64,000 nucleotides of DNA. Origin: a virus. Of this stretch, positions 19,987 through 30,076 are shown piece after piece. The stretch spans positions 13,541 through 77,540 of the IMG/VR virus record IMGVR_UViG_3300029305_004519; one strand, given 5' to 3'. The translations under genes were made by a program, and so were the position numbers. Positions within the stretch are counted from its first letter, which is position 1; each line of letters opens with the position of its first letter. Under the pieces are notes generated by a model that was not told where the DNA came from, did no database searches, and was given only the letters and a program-made list of their open reading frames with translations.

Positions 19987-21826
19987 CTCCAGCGCCCATT
20001 AATTGATCAAACAAAACATCTGCTTTCTTTGCTTCTTCAACTGTAACCTGATTCAACACTCTTAAACTTGGATCTACAAGAATTTCGGTCTCGTCTTCTG
20101 ACATCTCACCTAATCCTTTGAATCTATTAACCTGATACTTTTTTCCTCTATTTTTTTCTTGGAATTCAGCTAAATCTTTATCGTCTCTTAAATACAGATA
20201 AGTATCTTTACCCATTGTAATCTTATAGAGCGGCGCCACAAGCGCATATACATATCCTTCTTGAATAAGCTGTGGGCAGAAGTTCCAGATAAAAGTATAA
20301 AATAGGTTTCGAATATGGCTACCATCAGCGTCACCATCTGCGGCTATAATGATCTTGCCATAGCGCAACGAATCCTTGTCATAGGTAAGTTTCATTGTCT
20401 TAGGGTCTGCTTTAAGACCGAATGCCTCAATCATAGTCATAATCTCCGCATTTTTTTGGATCTTATCCAGCGTGTTCTTTTGACAATTAAGGATTTTACC
20501 TCGAACTGGCATCACAGCCTGAAATTCATTATTTCGGGCTGACTTAAGATTTCCAGAGGCAGAATCTCCCTCTGTCACATAGATCTCACAGTTGGCGCGA
20601 ATCTTTGAATAACAATCTGCTAATTTCGAATCAAACTTAAGTGCCTTTTCTTTCTTCTTTTTTTCGCCACGAGCCGCGTCGCGCGCCTTTTTGGCGGCCT
20701 CTCTTGCCTTCCTTGCATTAATTGCTTTATCTGCAATTACTTTAATTTCTTTTTCGTTATTATTTAACCAAATACCCAAATTCTCTGCAAGCGCCTGAGT
20801 AAAGGTTGTCATTCCTATTTTAGTAATATTACTCTTAACCTGCGCATCATATGACACATTAGGCGCAGTAATATTAAATACAATATACATTCCCTCTTGA
20901 ATATCATCACCTGACAGATTTTCATCAGTAGACTTCAGCCATTTTTTCTCCTTAAAGAACTTGTTAAATTCTCTTGTGAGTACTGTTTTAATCTGCGTGA
21001 TATGAGGTCCTTTCTCTGTAAGTCCAGTATTAACATAGGGGACAAGAGTAGAAGAATAATTACTAGTATAAGTGAGGATAAAGTCCATTTTCTCTTTTCC
21101 TTCACTAAAATTCATAGAAAATCTATTATTGATTATTTCTTTATCTTTTACTGCTTTATCTGCTAAATCATTTAATCCACGAGTTGAATGATAAGTTGTT
21201 TTCTTTCCATTATCATCGAGATTAATGGTAAGTCCAGGGCAAAGGCAAGTGATCGTCTCAAAGAGCGAATGGATCTTAGACACTTCTACTTCAGGGTGAG
21301 TAAAGAATTCTTCGCTTGGTTCCCACTCAACTATTGTACCTGTTGCTAACTTAGAAATACCCGTTTCTCTTTCAAAAAATACTCCTTCTTTAAAACTTAC
21401 TCTTTCCATTCTGCCATCTCTGTGTGTAACAACATCAAGCCAGTGAGATAAAAACGTAGTAATCTTTGAACCAATACCAAAACTACCAAGAGAAGTCCCT
21501 TCATAAGTTCCATCATCTCGATATTTACCAGAAGTATTTAGAACTGAGAATGCTGCTTCTAGAATAGTTTTTCCATCATCGCGCTTTTCATTTACCAAGA
21601 AGCCCTGACCGTAATCACGCACTCTTACTTTAGCTCCTCGAAGTTCTACATCGATCTGATTGCCATGACCCAATCTAAATTCATCGACACTATTCGAGAT
21701 AATTTCTACTAAGAGCTGCGTTGCATAGGTAGTATCTCCAGCATATACTCCTGGGCGTAACCTTGTGAATTCCAAGGGCGAGAGCGATTCTATACTATCT
21801 TTAGTATATAATTTACTATCTACCAT
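19928..21826 (-). CDS. Type IIA topoisomerase subunit B (GyrB/ParE-like ATPase plus TOPRIM)
   Basis: GHKL ATPase N-terminus; TOPRIM segment EGDSASGNLKSARN...MPVRGKILN. 632 aa. Confidence 0.85.
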   Translation of the reverse strand: MVDSKLYTKDSIESLSPLEFTRLRPGVYAGDTTYATQLLVEIISNSVDEFRLGHGNQIDVELRGAKVRVRDYGQGFLVNEKRDDGKTILEAAFSVLNTSGKYRDDGTYEGTSLGSFGIGSKITTFLSHWLDVVTHRDGRMERVSFKEGVFFERETGISKLATGTIVEWEPSEEFFTHPEVEVSKIHSLFETITCLCPGLTINLDDNGKKTTYHSTRGLNDLADKAVKDKEIINNRFSMNFSEGKEKMDFILTYTSNYSSTLVPYVNTGLTEKGPHITQIKTVLTREFNKFFKEKKWLKSTDENLSGDDIQEGMYIVFNITAPNVSYDAQVKSNITKIGMTTFTQALAENLGIWLNNNEKEIKVIADKAINARKAREAAKKARDAARGEKKKKEKALKFDSKLADCYSKIRANCEIYVTEGDSASGNLKSARNNEFQAVMPVRGKILNCQKNTLDKIQKNAEIMTMIEAFGLKADPKTMKLTYDKDSLRYGKIIIAADGDADGSHIRNLFYTFIWNFCPQLIQEGYVYALVAPLYKITMGKDTYLYLRDDKDLAEFQEKNRGKKYQVNRFKGLGEMSEDETEILVDPSLRVLNQVTVEEAKKADVLFDQLMGAGVAARKKFIQDHSKEAKYGV

Positions 21827-21872
21827 ATTTTCTCCTTTAATTTATTTTTATTCATTTTTATTTACTTATACT

Positions 21873-21908
21873 ATATTATAATATATTTTTTCAAAAATTT
21901 CAACAAAA
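21873..21908 (-). promoter_or_regulatory. Conserved phage promoter upstream of the topoisomerase B gene
   Basis: Minus strand reads TTGAAATTTTTGAAAAAATATATTATAATATAGTATA (TTGAAA-N17-TATAAT). Confidence 0.55.
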
Positions 21909-21919
21909 TAAACCACAGA

Positions 21920-22423
21920 TTAACTCTGTGGTTTATTATTTTCTTTATACCATTTATATCCTTCAATTTGAATTCTAAACTTCGTATACAACTCTGTTAA
22001 ACTATCGGCACATAAAAAGTTATCCTGAAAGCAGTAAAAATCTGCTCGTTGACGCAGGTTATTTTCGATTAAAAAATCTCTAAAAGCATCTGCGATTTGG
22101 TACAAGCGATCGATCTCTGCCCGAGCAGCCTCTTCACTTTTATCTAGTTCAAACCTTTTAGTGTAAAAAGCCGTATCTACAATCATGCAATACTTTTTAC
22201 TTTTCCGGTCAAAATAAACATAGGCATCATCCCACGAAAGAAAAGAAGGTGTTTTACTAGGGTCGACATTATATCCCCAAATGAATTTATTATCAAGCAT
22301 ATTAAATTCATCGTCTTCCCAATCAGGATACTCACGGCGGCAGCGCGCCTTGTCCTTAGCTAAATTCCGTGATATTGTTTTTAAATGTTTACTTATATAT
22401 TTAGTTAATTTTTGTTCTTGCAT
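21920..22423 (-). CDS. Hypothetical protein
   Basis: 167-aa ORF; RBS present. Confidence 0.4.
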   Translation of the reverse strand: MQEQKLTKYISKHLKTISRNLAKDKARCRREYPDWEDDEFNMLDNKFIWGYNVDPSKTPSFLSWDDAYVYFDRKSKKYCMIVDTAFYTKRFELDKSEEAARAEIDRLYQIADAFRDFLIENNLRQRADFYCFQDNFLCADSLTELYTKFRIQIEGYKWYKENNKPQS

Positions 22424-22467
22424 ATTTTCTCCTTTTTTGAGTAAAAGCTCCTCCTTAAATAAGAGGA

Positions 22468-22543
22468 GCTTTAAGTATGGCTGGGAGTGTGGGATTCGAA
22501 CCCACGCATAACCGGGTTAGAGCCGGAGGCCTTAGCCGCTTGG
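22468..22543 (-). tRNA. Amber suppressor tRNA, anticodon CUA, tRNA-Gln-like body (tRNA-Sup(CUA), predicted Gln)
   Basis: Hand-folded canonical 76-nt cloverleaf: AGGGAGT/ACTCCCA acceptor (A1·A72 mismatch, G2-C71, G3-C70), G73, encoded CCA, D-arm GCCA/AGGC, anticodon loop C-U-C-U-A-A-C (U33, C34 U35 A36), T-arm GTGGG-TTCGAAT-CCCAC. Shares TCGCCAAGCGG...CCCAGCCA features with the tRNA-Gln(UUG) at 42331-42408. Confidence 0.8.
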
Positions 22544-22602
22544 CGAACTCCCTATTGATTACATATAAATTATAATCAAAATTTTTGAAAAAATCAATTA
22601 TT

Positions 22603-23121
22603 TTAATCAATAGGGAACCAGTTTTCACCATTCTTAGGTTCTTTAATTTCCCAGAACTCAATTAGATCTCTGTATTTACTCCAGTTTTGAGTTGCAATGG
22701 CGTCAGCTAATTCATTACCAAGCTCTCCTTTGTGACCACTACATTTGATGATCTCGGCATTAAAAAATGGACGAGAAATATAGCCCCAAATTGCTTTCAT
22801 TAAGTCTACATTTTCTACTTCTTGCTTTTTACTGTTGCGCCAACCATTAGACGCCCAAGTTCGCATCCAAGAGTTACAACTATTAACTACATAGGCGCTA
22901 TCAGAGTAAATGACGAATTGATCATACATATGAGACTCTACATATCCAAGAGCACAAAGCATTGCCTTAAGTTCCATGCGGTTATTGGTTACATAATCTT
23001 CAGTATCATGCTCTATAAACAAGATCTCAGTATCATTTTCGTTCATTATAACCATACCCCAGCCGCCTTTTCCTGGGTTGCCGCGAGAAGATCCATCAGT
23101 ATATATATAATATTTACTCAT
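22603..23121 (-). CDS. rnhA: Ribonuclease HI
   Basis: YTDGSS...GWG, NNRMEL, SDSAYVVN, GHKGELGNELADAIA motifs. Confidence 0.8.
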   Translation of the reverse strand: MSKYYIYTDGSSRGNPGKGGWGMVIMNENDTEILFIEHDTEDYVTNNRMELKAMLCALGYVESHMYDQFVIYSDSAYVVNSCNSWMRTWASNGWRNSKKQEVENVDLMKAIWGYISRPFFNAEIIKCSGHKGELGNELADAIATQNWSKYRDLIEFWEIKEPKNGENWFPID

Positions 23122-23737
23122 TGTTTTTCTCCTCTAACCATTTATCCAAATCAAATTCAGTTGTTTCTCTTTTATATACTGATTTAAGCCATACAGGACA
23201 AAGGTCAACATCAAGCAACCATTCTTTTTTTACTCGCAGTTCATCGTAAGCAAGATTAACGAAAACGCAAGAAATAAATTCTTTAATATGAGGATGCATG
23301 GCAAGTGGTTTAGAACATTTATTAAGCCACCATTTCCATTCTTTTTGATAGGTGAAATCCTTCCCCATATAGGCGCGCCCGGCGCCGAGATAGTCACAAA
23401 GCATTTCAACAGCATCTTTATAAGGCATTGGGACAGGATTCCCACCATTGTCAAAATTGTCAACCCAATATTCATAATGGTGAGTGTTTCTACCCTTATG
23501 ATGCATCCATGCCTTAGAGACGCCTTTATCTTCTTTACAAGCATCAATAGGGGATCTATTACCTTGATAATATCTTACAGACTCCCAAAACTCAATCGGA
23601 GAGAACTTAGACCAATCATGCATAAAACCACGCCAAGGAATTCCTGCCTTGCAGCAATAATAAAATACCCACCATTTGTGTTTACAAATTTTACCAAAGT
23701 GGCGAAAAGTGTTTTTAATAGTAATTCGAGGTGTCAT
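23114..23737 (-). CDS. Hypothetical protein (His/Trp-rich)
   Basis: 207-aa ORF; no confident motif. Confidence 0.35.
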   Translation of the reverse strand: MTPRITIKNTFRHFGKICKHKWWVFYYCCKAGIPWRGFMHDWSKFSPIEFWESVRYYQGNRSPIDACKEDKGVSKAWMHHKGRNTHHYEYWVDNFDNGGNPVPMPYKDAVEMLCDYLGAGRAYMGKDFTYQKEWKWWLNKCSKPLAMHPHIKEFISCVFVNLAYDELRVKKEWLLDVDLCPVWLKSVYKRETTEFDLDKWLEEKNNE

Positions 23738-24009
23738 TTATAATCCTTTCTACTTTATATCCTTTATCTTCAATAGCCATAAAATCAATATCGTCATATA
23801 TTAATAATACAGTATGATTTGGGAAAGCTTCTTCTAAAGAGCGCTTTATATTTTTCATATCTTCAAAATCATATCCGCCATCTTTTGAAAGGCGCGCAAC
23901 AAGCACTGAATTACGCTCAAGGGTAAGTGTGTTAAGTTGCACAGGGAGAATGTTTGGCGCTTCATGATATTTGAGAATTTTCTGTTTGACAGGCGTTTCA
24001 GTGTAATAT

Positions 24010-24450
24010 TCAATCATTATTGCGCTCCTTACATCTATTTCTTTGTGCATTAAAAGAATCAAAAGTAGTAATCTTTAGATGATAAGTTTCTTTCAAATAG
24101 TTGATTTTATTCTTCCACCATTTAACAGTCAATTCAAGATCTTCAATTTGCTGCTCGATTTTCTTTACCCAAAAAGCGGCATCATCATAAGTTCTTGTCT
24201 TAGACATATTTCCCCAAAACTCTTTAAGAACTTTCACTTGAGCGTCATAATATTTCTTTTTAGCTCTTGCATATTTAATATTGGCTTTGATTTCTGCTAA
24301 CTCCCAGCCAAAATAATTAGAACGACAACTTTCGTCTTCAGGACGAATTTCTACCGTTGCGCTAAATTGCCCCATATCAGTACCGATAATGACATTATAC
24401 TGGCGTCCATCGACGCTAATGCCATTCTTAATAAGTGTCGGTCGTTTCAT
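24010..24450 (-). CDS. Hypothetical coiled-coil protein
   Basis: 146-aa ORF. Confidence 0.35.
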   Translation of the reverse strand: MKRPTLIKNGISVDGRQYNVIIGTDMGQFSATVEIRPEDESCRSNYFGWELAEIKANIKYARAKKKYYDAQVKVLKEFWGNMSKTRTYDDAAFWVKKIEQQIEDLELTVKWWKNKINYLKETYHLKITTFDSFNAQRNRCKERNND

Positions 24451-24560
24451 TTCTAAAAACCTCCATATTTATAATTTCTTTAATATAGTATTTAATTGCA
24501 TTATAATGATGCATAATCCAATCGGTCAGCACCAAACCAATGCATCCCACAATTCCTATA

Positions 24561-25127
24561 TCAATCATCATTTTCTAACAGCTCCTCACATTTCTTCATT
24601 TCTGCTTTAACATCAGCAATTGCGTCATCAAGTAAAACAGGATATCCATCATGAGAGTCTACTCCAATATGATACATCCAAGGATCTCCCTTATAGAAGT
24701 TAGATGCTTGATGAGTATGCCCAAACAAATTAATCACGACCTGCCAAATTTCTTTTTCATCCAGATTATGAGTAATAATAGGATAGTGAGAGAGATAGAA
24801 ATTTAGTTTCTTATATTTTAGTCTTGCACAAAGCTGAACATCCCAGCCCATATCTCGATAAGCCTGTTCGCGCTTAGCAGTATCGTGATTTCCAAGACAT
24901 ACATGGATTTTGCCTTTGAGTTGTTTAAGAAGCGCCAAACCTCCCTCAATGTCGCCTAATACCAAATCTCCAAGAATCCATACATCATCTTCATCAGACA
25001 CTACAGAATTGAACTTTTCAATCTGCTTCATATTCATTTCATTTACATCTGCATACCCTCTGGCGCCCCAGATAAACTCACGGTCATGCCCCAGATGCAG
25101 GTCGCTAGTGATCCAAATCTTGCTCAT
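24561..25127 (-). CDS. Calcineurin-like metallophosphoesterase
   Basis: SDLHLGH, GDLV, GNHD and GHTH motifs. Confidence 0.7.
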   Translation of the reverse strand: MSKIWITSDLHLGHDREFIWGARGYADVNEMNMKQIEKFNSVVSDEDDVWILGDLVLGDIEGGLALLKQLKGKIHVCLGNHDTAKREQAYRDMGWDVQLCARLKYKKLNFYLSHYPIITHNLDEKEIWQVVINLFGHTHQASNFYKGDPWMYHIGVDSHDGYPVLLDDAIADVKAEMKKCEELLENDD

Positions 25128-25627
25128 TTTTTCTCCTCCATATTTCCATTTTCATCAACAATATAAATTTTATTATAGGTAAAAATACCTTCATGCCACT
25201 TAGGTTCTTTAAGTGCACGATACATTTTTGCAATTGCTTCAGGCGGAACATAGGCACGTCCGGCGCGCTGTGCATTGCGCTCTTGCGCAACCTCAAGAGG
25301 AACCTTAAAATAAATTACCTCAATCTCATTAGGAATAATATCCAATGCTTTAAGCAACTTCAAGCGAGCGCCATGGTTAAGATGAGTTGCGTCTGCATAA
25401 ACAGTTTCTCCAGACTTTAAAAGAGATTCAATGCTTGCTACATAAGTTTCCCAAACCTCATCTTCCTTTGAGAAATAATTATCATTCTCTTGAAGTAAAG
25501 CAAAACGAATTGCATCTCTTGAGACAATAAATTCATCTATCTTTTTATTTTGGTTAAGCCAAGTGCTTTTCCCTGAACCCGGAATACCAACCATCAATAT
25601 CAGCTTACCATTTATCTTATATTCCAT
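25124..25627 (-). CDS. P-loop polynucleotide kinase-like protein
   Basis: LMVGIPGSGKST Walker A; AAA_33/T4 PNK-kinase-like. Translationally coupled to the phosphoesterase. Confidence 0.55.
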   Translation of the reverse strand: MEYKINGKLILMVGIPGSGKSTWLNQNKKIDEFIVSRDAIRFALLQENDNYFSKEDEVWETYVASIESLLKSGETVYADATHLNHGARLKLLKALDIIPNEIEVIYFKVPLEVAQERNAQRAGRAYVPPEAIAKMYRALKEPKWHEGIFTYNKIYIVDENGNMEEKK

Positions 25628-25977
25628 TTAATTATTACCTCTTTTACCATGAAATATACACCCAAATTTGTATATGGTTATCGACAACTTTTTGTTGTGT
25701 TTTAACATCAAAACCAAGTGTATTTATACCCAATTCCATAATGGCATTTTCAAAATCAGCCACTGGAATATTATAATCATCTAAAACAGTTTTGCTCCAA
25801 AAATCAGAGATTGAAGAAGATCCCATTGCAATAGCCCTATGAATCATGGGTTCTAAACAAGTAACCCATTCACTATTGGCAAAATTTTTAGCTTCGTTTA
25901 ACTGTGTTTCACGAATTTTATTAGTCTGTTTTCTTGCTTCTATTGCTGTAATCATTTCTTTTTTCTCCTTTTTATTT

Positions 25978-26022
25978 CTTTATAATTTATTATATCATAT
26001 TTTTTTAATAAAATCAAAAAAG
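25978..26022 (-). promoter_or_regulatory. Conserved phage promoter (middle/late class)
   Basis: Plus-strand ctttataatttattatatcatatttttttaataaaatcaa. Confidence 0.6.
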
Positions 26023-26037
26023 AAAAAGGAGAGTAAA

Positions 26038-26346
26038 TTACTCTCCTTTAATGTAGGTATCTACTTTTTCATTGTCTTGAATTAATCCTTCAAGAGTGTC
26101 TAAAGCATCATCAACTAATGTCTTGAAAGTTTCAAAAGACATAAATTTACTGATGATTGGGAATTTAGTTAAAAATGCATCATATACTTGACGCAATTTT
26201 AATTCGCCAGTTCCAGTTCCTAATAACTTTTCTGCAGTTGCAACTGCATAAAGTAGCCAATTTTTGAGATTTTTACGCTCTCTGTAGGCAAGCAATGCGA
26301 CTCCTCCAATAAGAAGTACTAATGCTACGATCCATAAGTATTCCAT
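26038..26346 (-). CDS. Small membrane protein (N-terminal TM helix)
   Basis: MEYLWIVALVLLIGGVALLAY... Confidence 0.4.
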   Translation of the reverse strand: MEYLWIVALVLLIGGVALLAYRERKNLKNWLLYAVATAEKLLGTGTGELKLRQVYDAFLTKFPIISKFMSFETFKTLVDDALDTLEGLIQDNEKVDTYIKGE

Positions 26347-26364
26347 GGTTCATCCTCCTTTTTA

Positions 26365-27144
26365 TTACATAATATACCAAGTTGAAACCGTATTCTTTAT
26401 TAATTTAATAGTTGCAGCGGTTCCTTTTGTATATGTCACAGTTAAGTTTGTTAATTCTTCTCCATCTTGTAATGCAGCGGTAAATGAGGTGCCATTTAAA
26501 GTTATTGCACCACCCTCGGTAATAGCTAAGGCAGGATTGCTATTATTAGTAGTTTTCGTTTCAATTACTCCATCTTTAATAATAGTAACGGTAGTGAGAT
26601 TAGAGGAAGCTGTTGGAGGAGTATATGCTTCTCCTTCCATAGTAATGATACATAACTCTTTATTTTCATTTGGAAAAGCATCAAATGTAAATGTAAATAT
26701 TGAAGGATCTCCGGTTGGAGCCATAGAAAGATTTAAAGTTGTTTGTAATTTTGCTTCAGGAATAGTAATAGTTGCACTATGATCTACGCCTTCATCATCT
26801 CTAATTAAGGTTGTTGCATTTACCGTATAATAAGCTGCAAATGAAGTAGTTTTAATTTTAAAAATTGTCTATGATGAGCCAGACGTTACTTCTGCTCCAG
26901 TTAGAGCATGGAATGACTCCATTGTAAGCAATGCGTCTTCTACTGTAAAAGTAAGCGTTTTTTCACCTTCCCAAGCAATTAAACGAGAATTACCTTTACC
27001 TCCTTGAGCATATACTGTTGAGCTTGTTGATTCAATTGTACTCATTTTTGCAGTATCGATAACAAAAGAGCTGGGACCTTCTCCAGAACCAACTTTTTTA
27101 GTAAAAGTTAAATCACAAACTTCACGAATACCAAATCTATTCAT
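26365..27144 (-). CDS. Beta-rich structural-like protein with one in-frame TAG
   Basis: ORF-track fragments 26869-27144 and 26365-26724 are in the same frame and joined through a TAG at 26869-26871 (...EVTSGSS[TAG]TIFKIKTTSF...MAPTGDPSIF...). 260 codons. Confidence 0.5.
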
Positions 27145-27243
27145 AAAAATATTTCCTTTTCTTTCAAAATAAAAATATAAGCGGCAAGCTTCTATATTAT
27201 ATTGAAAATTAAGGAGATATAATTAATTACTTTTGACCAATTT

Positions 27244-28434
27244 TTAAGAATGGTATTTCAAGAGGAACTCATTACTTACAGCTTTAAAGCTCAATTCGCC
27301 ATCTTCTGAACGGAATACTAAGCCTTCACGCATACCCCCATCAATCTTTGACGGCGCGGATGCGGCAAGAGTCAACACCTCTTCACAAGTAGCAGGAAGT
27401 TCTAGGCGCCCAAGCACGGGTACAGTAGGCAATCCATAGGTATCACAAATGATCTTCATATCAATAGGATTCAGGCGTTCAACCCTACCATCCTTATAAC
27501 CATAAATAACATTAAAGATAGCCAAATCACGATTCTTCATTCCATAATCGCGCTTTTGCACAGAGGCACCGTAGATTTCGCCTTGAATGGTAAGAAATTC
27601 CAATTCCCTATCACAATTGTCCATCCATTCCATCCAACGAGCCATAACATTTTCCATATCATACTTTTCCGCCATTTCAACATAAATGTTGGTGTCATAA
27701 AAACACTTCTTATCTGGCTTATCAAATACGACATTTCGAGAGCAAACATAGAACTCTCTCTTTTTGCCTTTGCCGCGCAAGGTAAAGGTTGAAGAACTAC
27801 CATCAATTTTTTCAGTCAAGATCCAAGTTTTACGCTCTGAAGTATTGAAAAGATAAGGTAGATTTTGAACGCGCTCTTCATCAGTCTTTTTTACCCAAGC
27901 CGGCCAGCCATTTTTCTTATCTTTCTTTTTACCAAAGAAGAAGAACATTAGGCGGCGACCCCATTCGCGCTTCATTAACCAACGTGCCCACTTCTTTTTA
28001 AAGATGTCAGGTCTGCGCTGAGCCATTCTCTTATACTTGTCAGGTCCAGATCCTTTACGCTCATTATCAGCAGCTTCAGAATAAGTTACACCAAGCAACT
28101 CGGTGCAATCAACATTAGTTTCATTAGGAATTTTTACATCAAAGGCATTGATAGGAAGCGCCAAGCCTTGACTAATAACTCCAAACTTAGAAAGTTTCAT
28201 ACTCTTAACCTTAAACTTTTTAGGTGCCAAAAATGCACACCATTCCTTGTCTTCGGGTAGTTTTGAGTCAATCTCAAAATATACGCAAAGGTCTCCTGCT
28301 TTAAACTCACCGATCTTAGCGATACAAGTCCATCCGCCAATCCCAACAAGCTCTATATTATCAGCACCTTCAATAGGTCTTACCCAGTCTATACGAGTAG
28401 TATAAGCCAGTGCTCTTTTATCATTTATCAGCAT
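27244..28434 (-). CDS. ATP-dependent RNA ligase (Rnl family nucleotidyltransferase)
   Basis: Covalent nucleotidyltransferase motif I, TEKIDGSS (KxDG). 396 aa. Confidence 0.55.
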   Translation of the reverse strand: MLINDKRALAYTTRIDWVRPIEGADNIELVGIGGWTCIAKIGEFKAGDLCVYFEIDSKLPEDKEWCAFLAPKKFKVKSMKLSKFGVISQGLALPINAFDVKIPNETNVDCTELLGVTYSEAADNERKGSGPDKYKRMAQRRPDIFKKKWARWLMKREWGRRLMFFFFGKKKDKKNGWPAWVKKTDEERVQNLPYLFNTSERKTWILTEKIDGSSSTFTLRGKGKKREFYVCSRNVVFDKPDKKCFYDTNIYVEMAEKYDMENVMARWMEWMDNCDRELEFLTIQGEIYGASVQKRDYGMKNRDLAIFNVIYGYKDGRVERLNPIDMKIICDTYGLPTVPVLGRLELPATCEEVLTLAASAPSKIDGGMREGLVFRSEDGELSFKAVSNEFLLKYHS

Positions 28435-28559
28435 CTTTTTTCTCCTTTTTTATCTTATCTTTTTTCTTTAATTTATCATTGCAAATAGTCTTTGCAATAT
28501 CGAAAGTAAATAATCCTACAAAAATTATGATTCCCATAATTGCTAATGCTATATCCATA

Positions 28560-29480
28560 TTATACCTCCAAACATTCTCTCAGCAATCCTGCGCGTAGCG
28601 GATTGCGCAGTTTGCGCAAGGCCTTTTCTTCAATCTGTCTAATGCGCTCTTTAGATAGCTTATATTCATTTCCAATTTCTTCCAAAGTCTGAGCTTTATG
28701 ATTATTCAAACCATAGCGACGTGTCAGCACATCTGCTTCTCTATTGTCAAGAGTTGATAATACTTGTTGAATACGCTTAGAGACTTCTTCTTTGAAAATG
28801 TCTTCAATTGGAGATTCATTATTTTCATCTGCTACTAAATCGCCAATAGTTGCATCATCTTCATCATTGATACTTTGATCAATAGAGATTGGGTCTTTAA
28901 CAATAGCTCGCAACTCTTTAATTTTCTTTTCTTCAAGTCCCATATGATTTGCAAGCTCTTGTGTGGTAGGTTCTCTATTCAGTACTTGACAGAGTTCATT
29001 AGTGGCACGACTCAGTTTACTAAGTTGCTCAATAACATGCATAGGTACTCGAATGGCTCGCGATTGCTCAACGACAACTTTAGAGATACTTTGTTTAATC
29101 CACCATGTAGCGTAGGTAGAAAATTTATAACCTAAAGTATAATCCCACTTATCTACGGCGCGCATTAATCCAATATTTCCCTCTTGAATTAAATCAAGAA
29201 ATGGCATATTGGTACGATGTAAATATTTTTTTGCAATACTTACTACCAAACGCAAATTTGCTTCAATCAGTTTATTCCTTGCTTCAATACTTCCATTTGC
29301 AATTTGGGCGCCTAAAGCTTGCTCTTCTTCGTAGGAGAGCAAAGGAATTTTACTAATTGAGTTCATATATGCTTTTGTTGCGTCTGGTAAAAAACCCATA
29401 TTATCAAAATCTACATCAATACTATTTTCTTCCTCAAGAATCAAATCTTCCGCTTCTAAAATCATTACATTATTTTCCAT
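28560..29480 (-). CDS. Sigma-70 family RNA polymerase sigma factor (regions 1.2, 2, 3 and 4 all present)
   Basis: ...[14 protein letters not shown]...[19 protein letters not shown]...[10 protein letters not shown] (region 2) ... [28 protein letters not shown] (region 4.2 HTH). Confidence 0.8.
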   Translation of the reverse strand: MENNVMILEAEDLILEEENSIDVDFDNMGFLPDATKAYMNSISKIPLLSYEEEQALGAQIANGSIEARNKLIEANLRLVVSIAKKYLHRTNMPFLDLIQEGNIGLMRAVDKWDYTLGYKFSTYATWWIKQSISKVVVEQSRAIRVPMHVIEQLSKLSRATNELCQVLNREPTTQELANHMGLEEKKIKELRAIVKDPISIDQSINDEDDATIGDLVADENNESPIEDIFKEEVSKRIQQVLSTLDNREADVLTRRYGLNNHKAQTLEEIGNEYKLSKERIRQIEEKALRKLRNPLRAGLLRECLEV

Positions 29481-30076
29481 TATGCTTTACTCTTTTCTTT
29501 AATATATTTTTATTTAGTATAATATTATAACATAATTTTTTTAGAAAATCAATTATCTGCTCCTTGAAACTCTTGCATACTTATAGGGGGGATAATGGCG
29601 CCAAAACGCGACCATGAGCCAAAGTCAACAAATGTGGCATTAGATGCCATAAGATATCGCCAATACCCGCCATGATTACTGGTTACATCAGCAAGTAATT
29701 TACACGCTTCTTGAATCGAATTAGCATCGCCTATAAACAATTCATTTTCAAGCACCTCAATAGAGTCGGTTAAAAATACCTTATAGCGACCATGGGCGCC
29801 GAACAACTCAGCATCTTTAAATCTTTCACACACTTCTTGATCGGTTGCTTTACATGTATAAATACAATGATTACAGGTTTTCATTTTTATTTTCTCCCTC
29901 TTGATTATTAATTTGAGCTTTTAATTTTTCACATTCTTCTACTATTGATTCCATTTCATTTAAAATATTTACAAGTGATGTAAATTCATTCGCAAGATTT
30001 ACAAAACCAATATTAGAATAATAATTAGCTTTTTCAATGGATTTATTTTTTAATTCAAGTATTTTTTCTTTCACAG

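Noticed and set aside
22455-22661. 68-aa minus-strand ORF overlapping the suppressor tRNA
   Set aside because: It is fully explained by the 76-nt tRNA cloverleaf and the rnhA upstream region, and it has no RBS.
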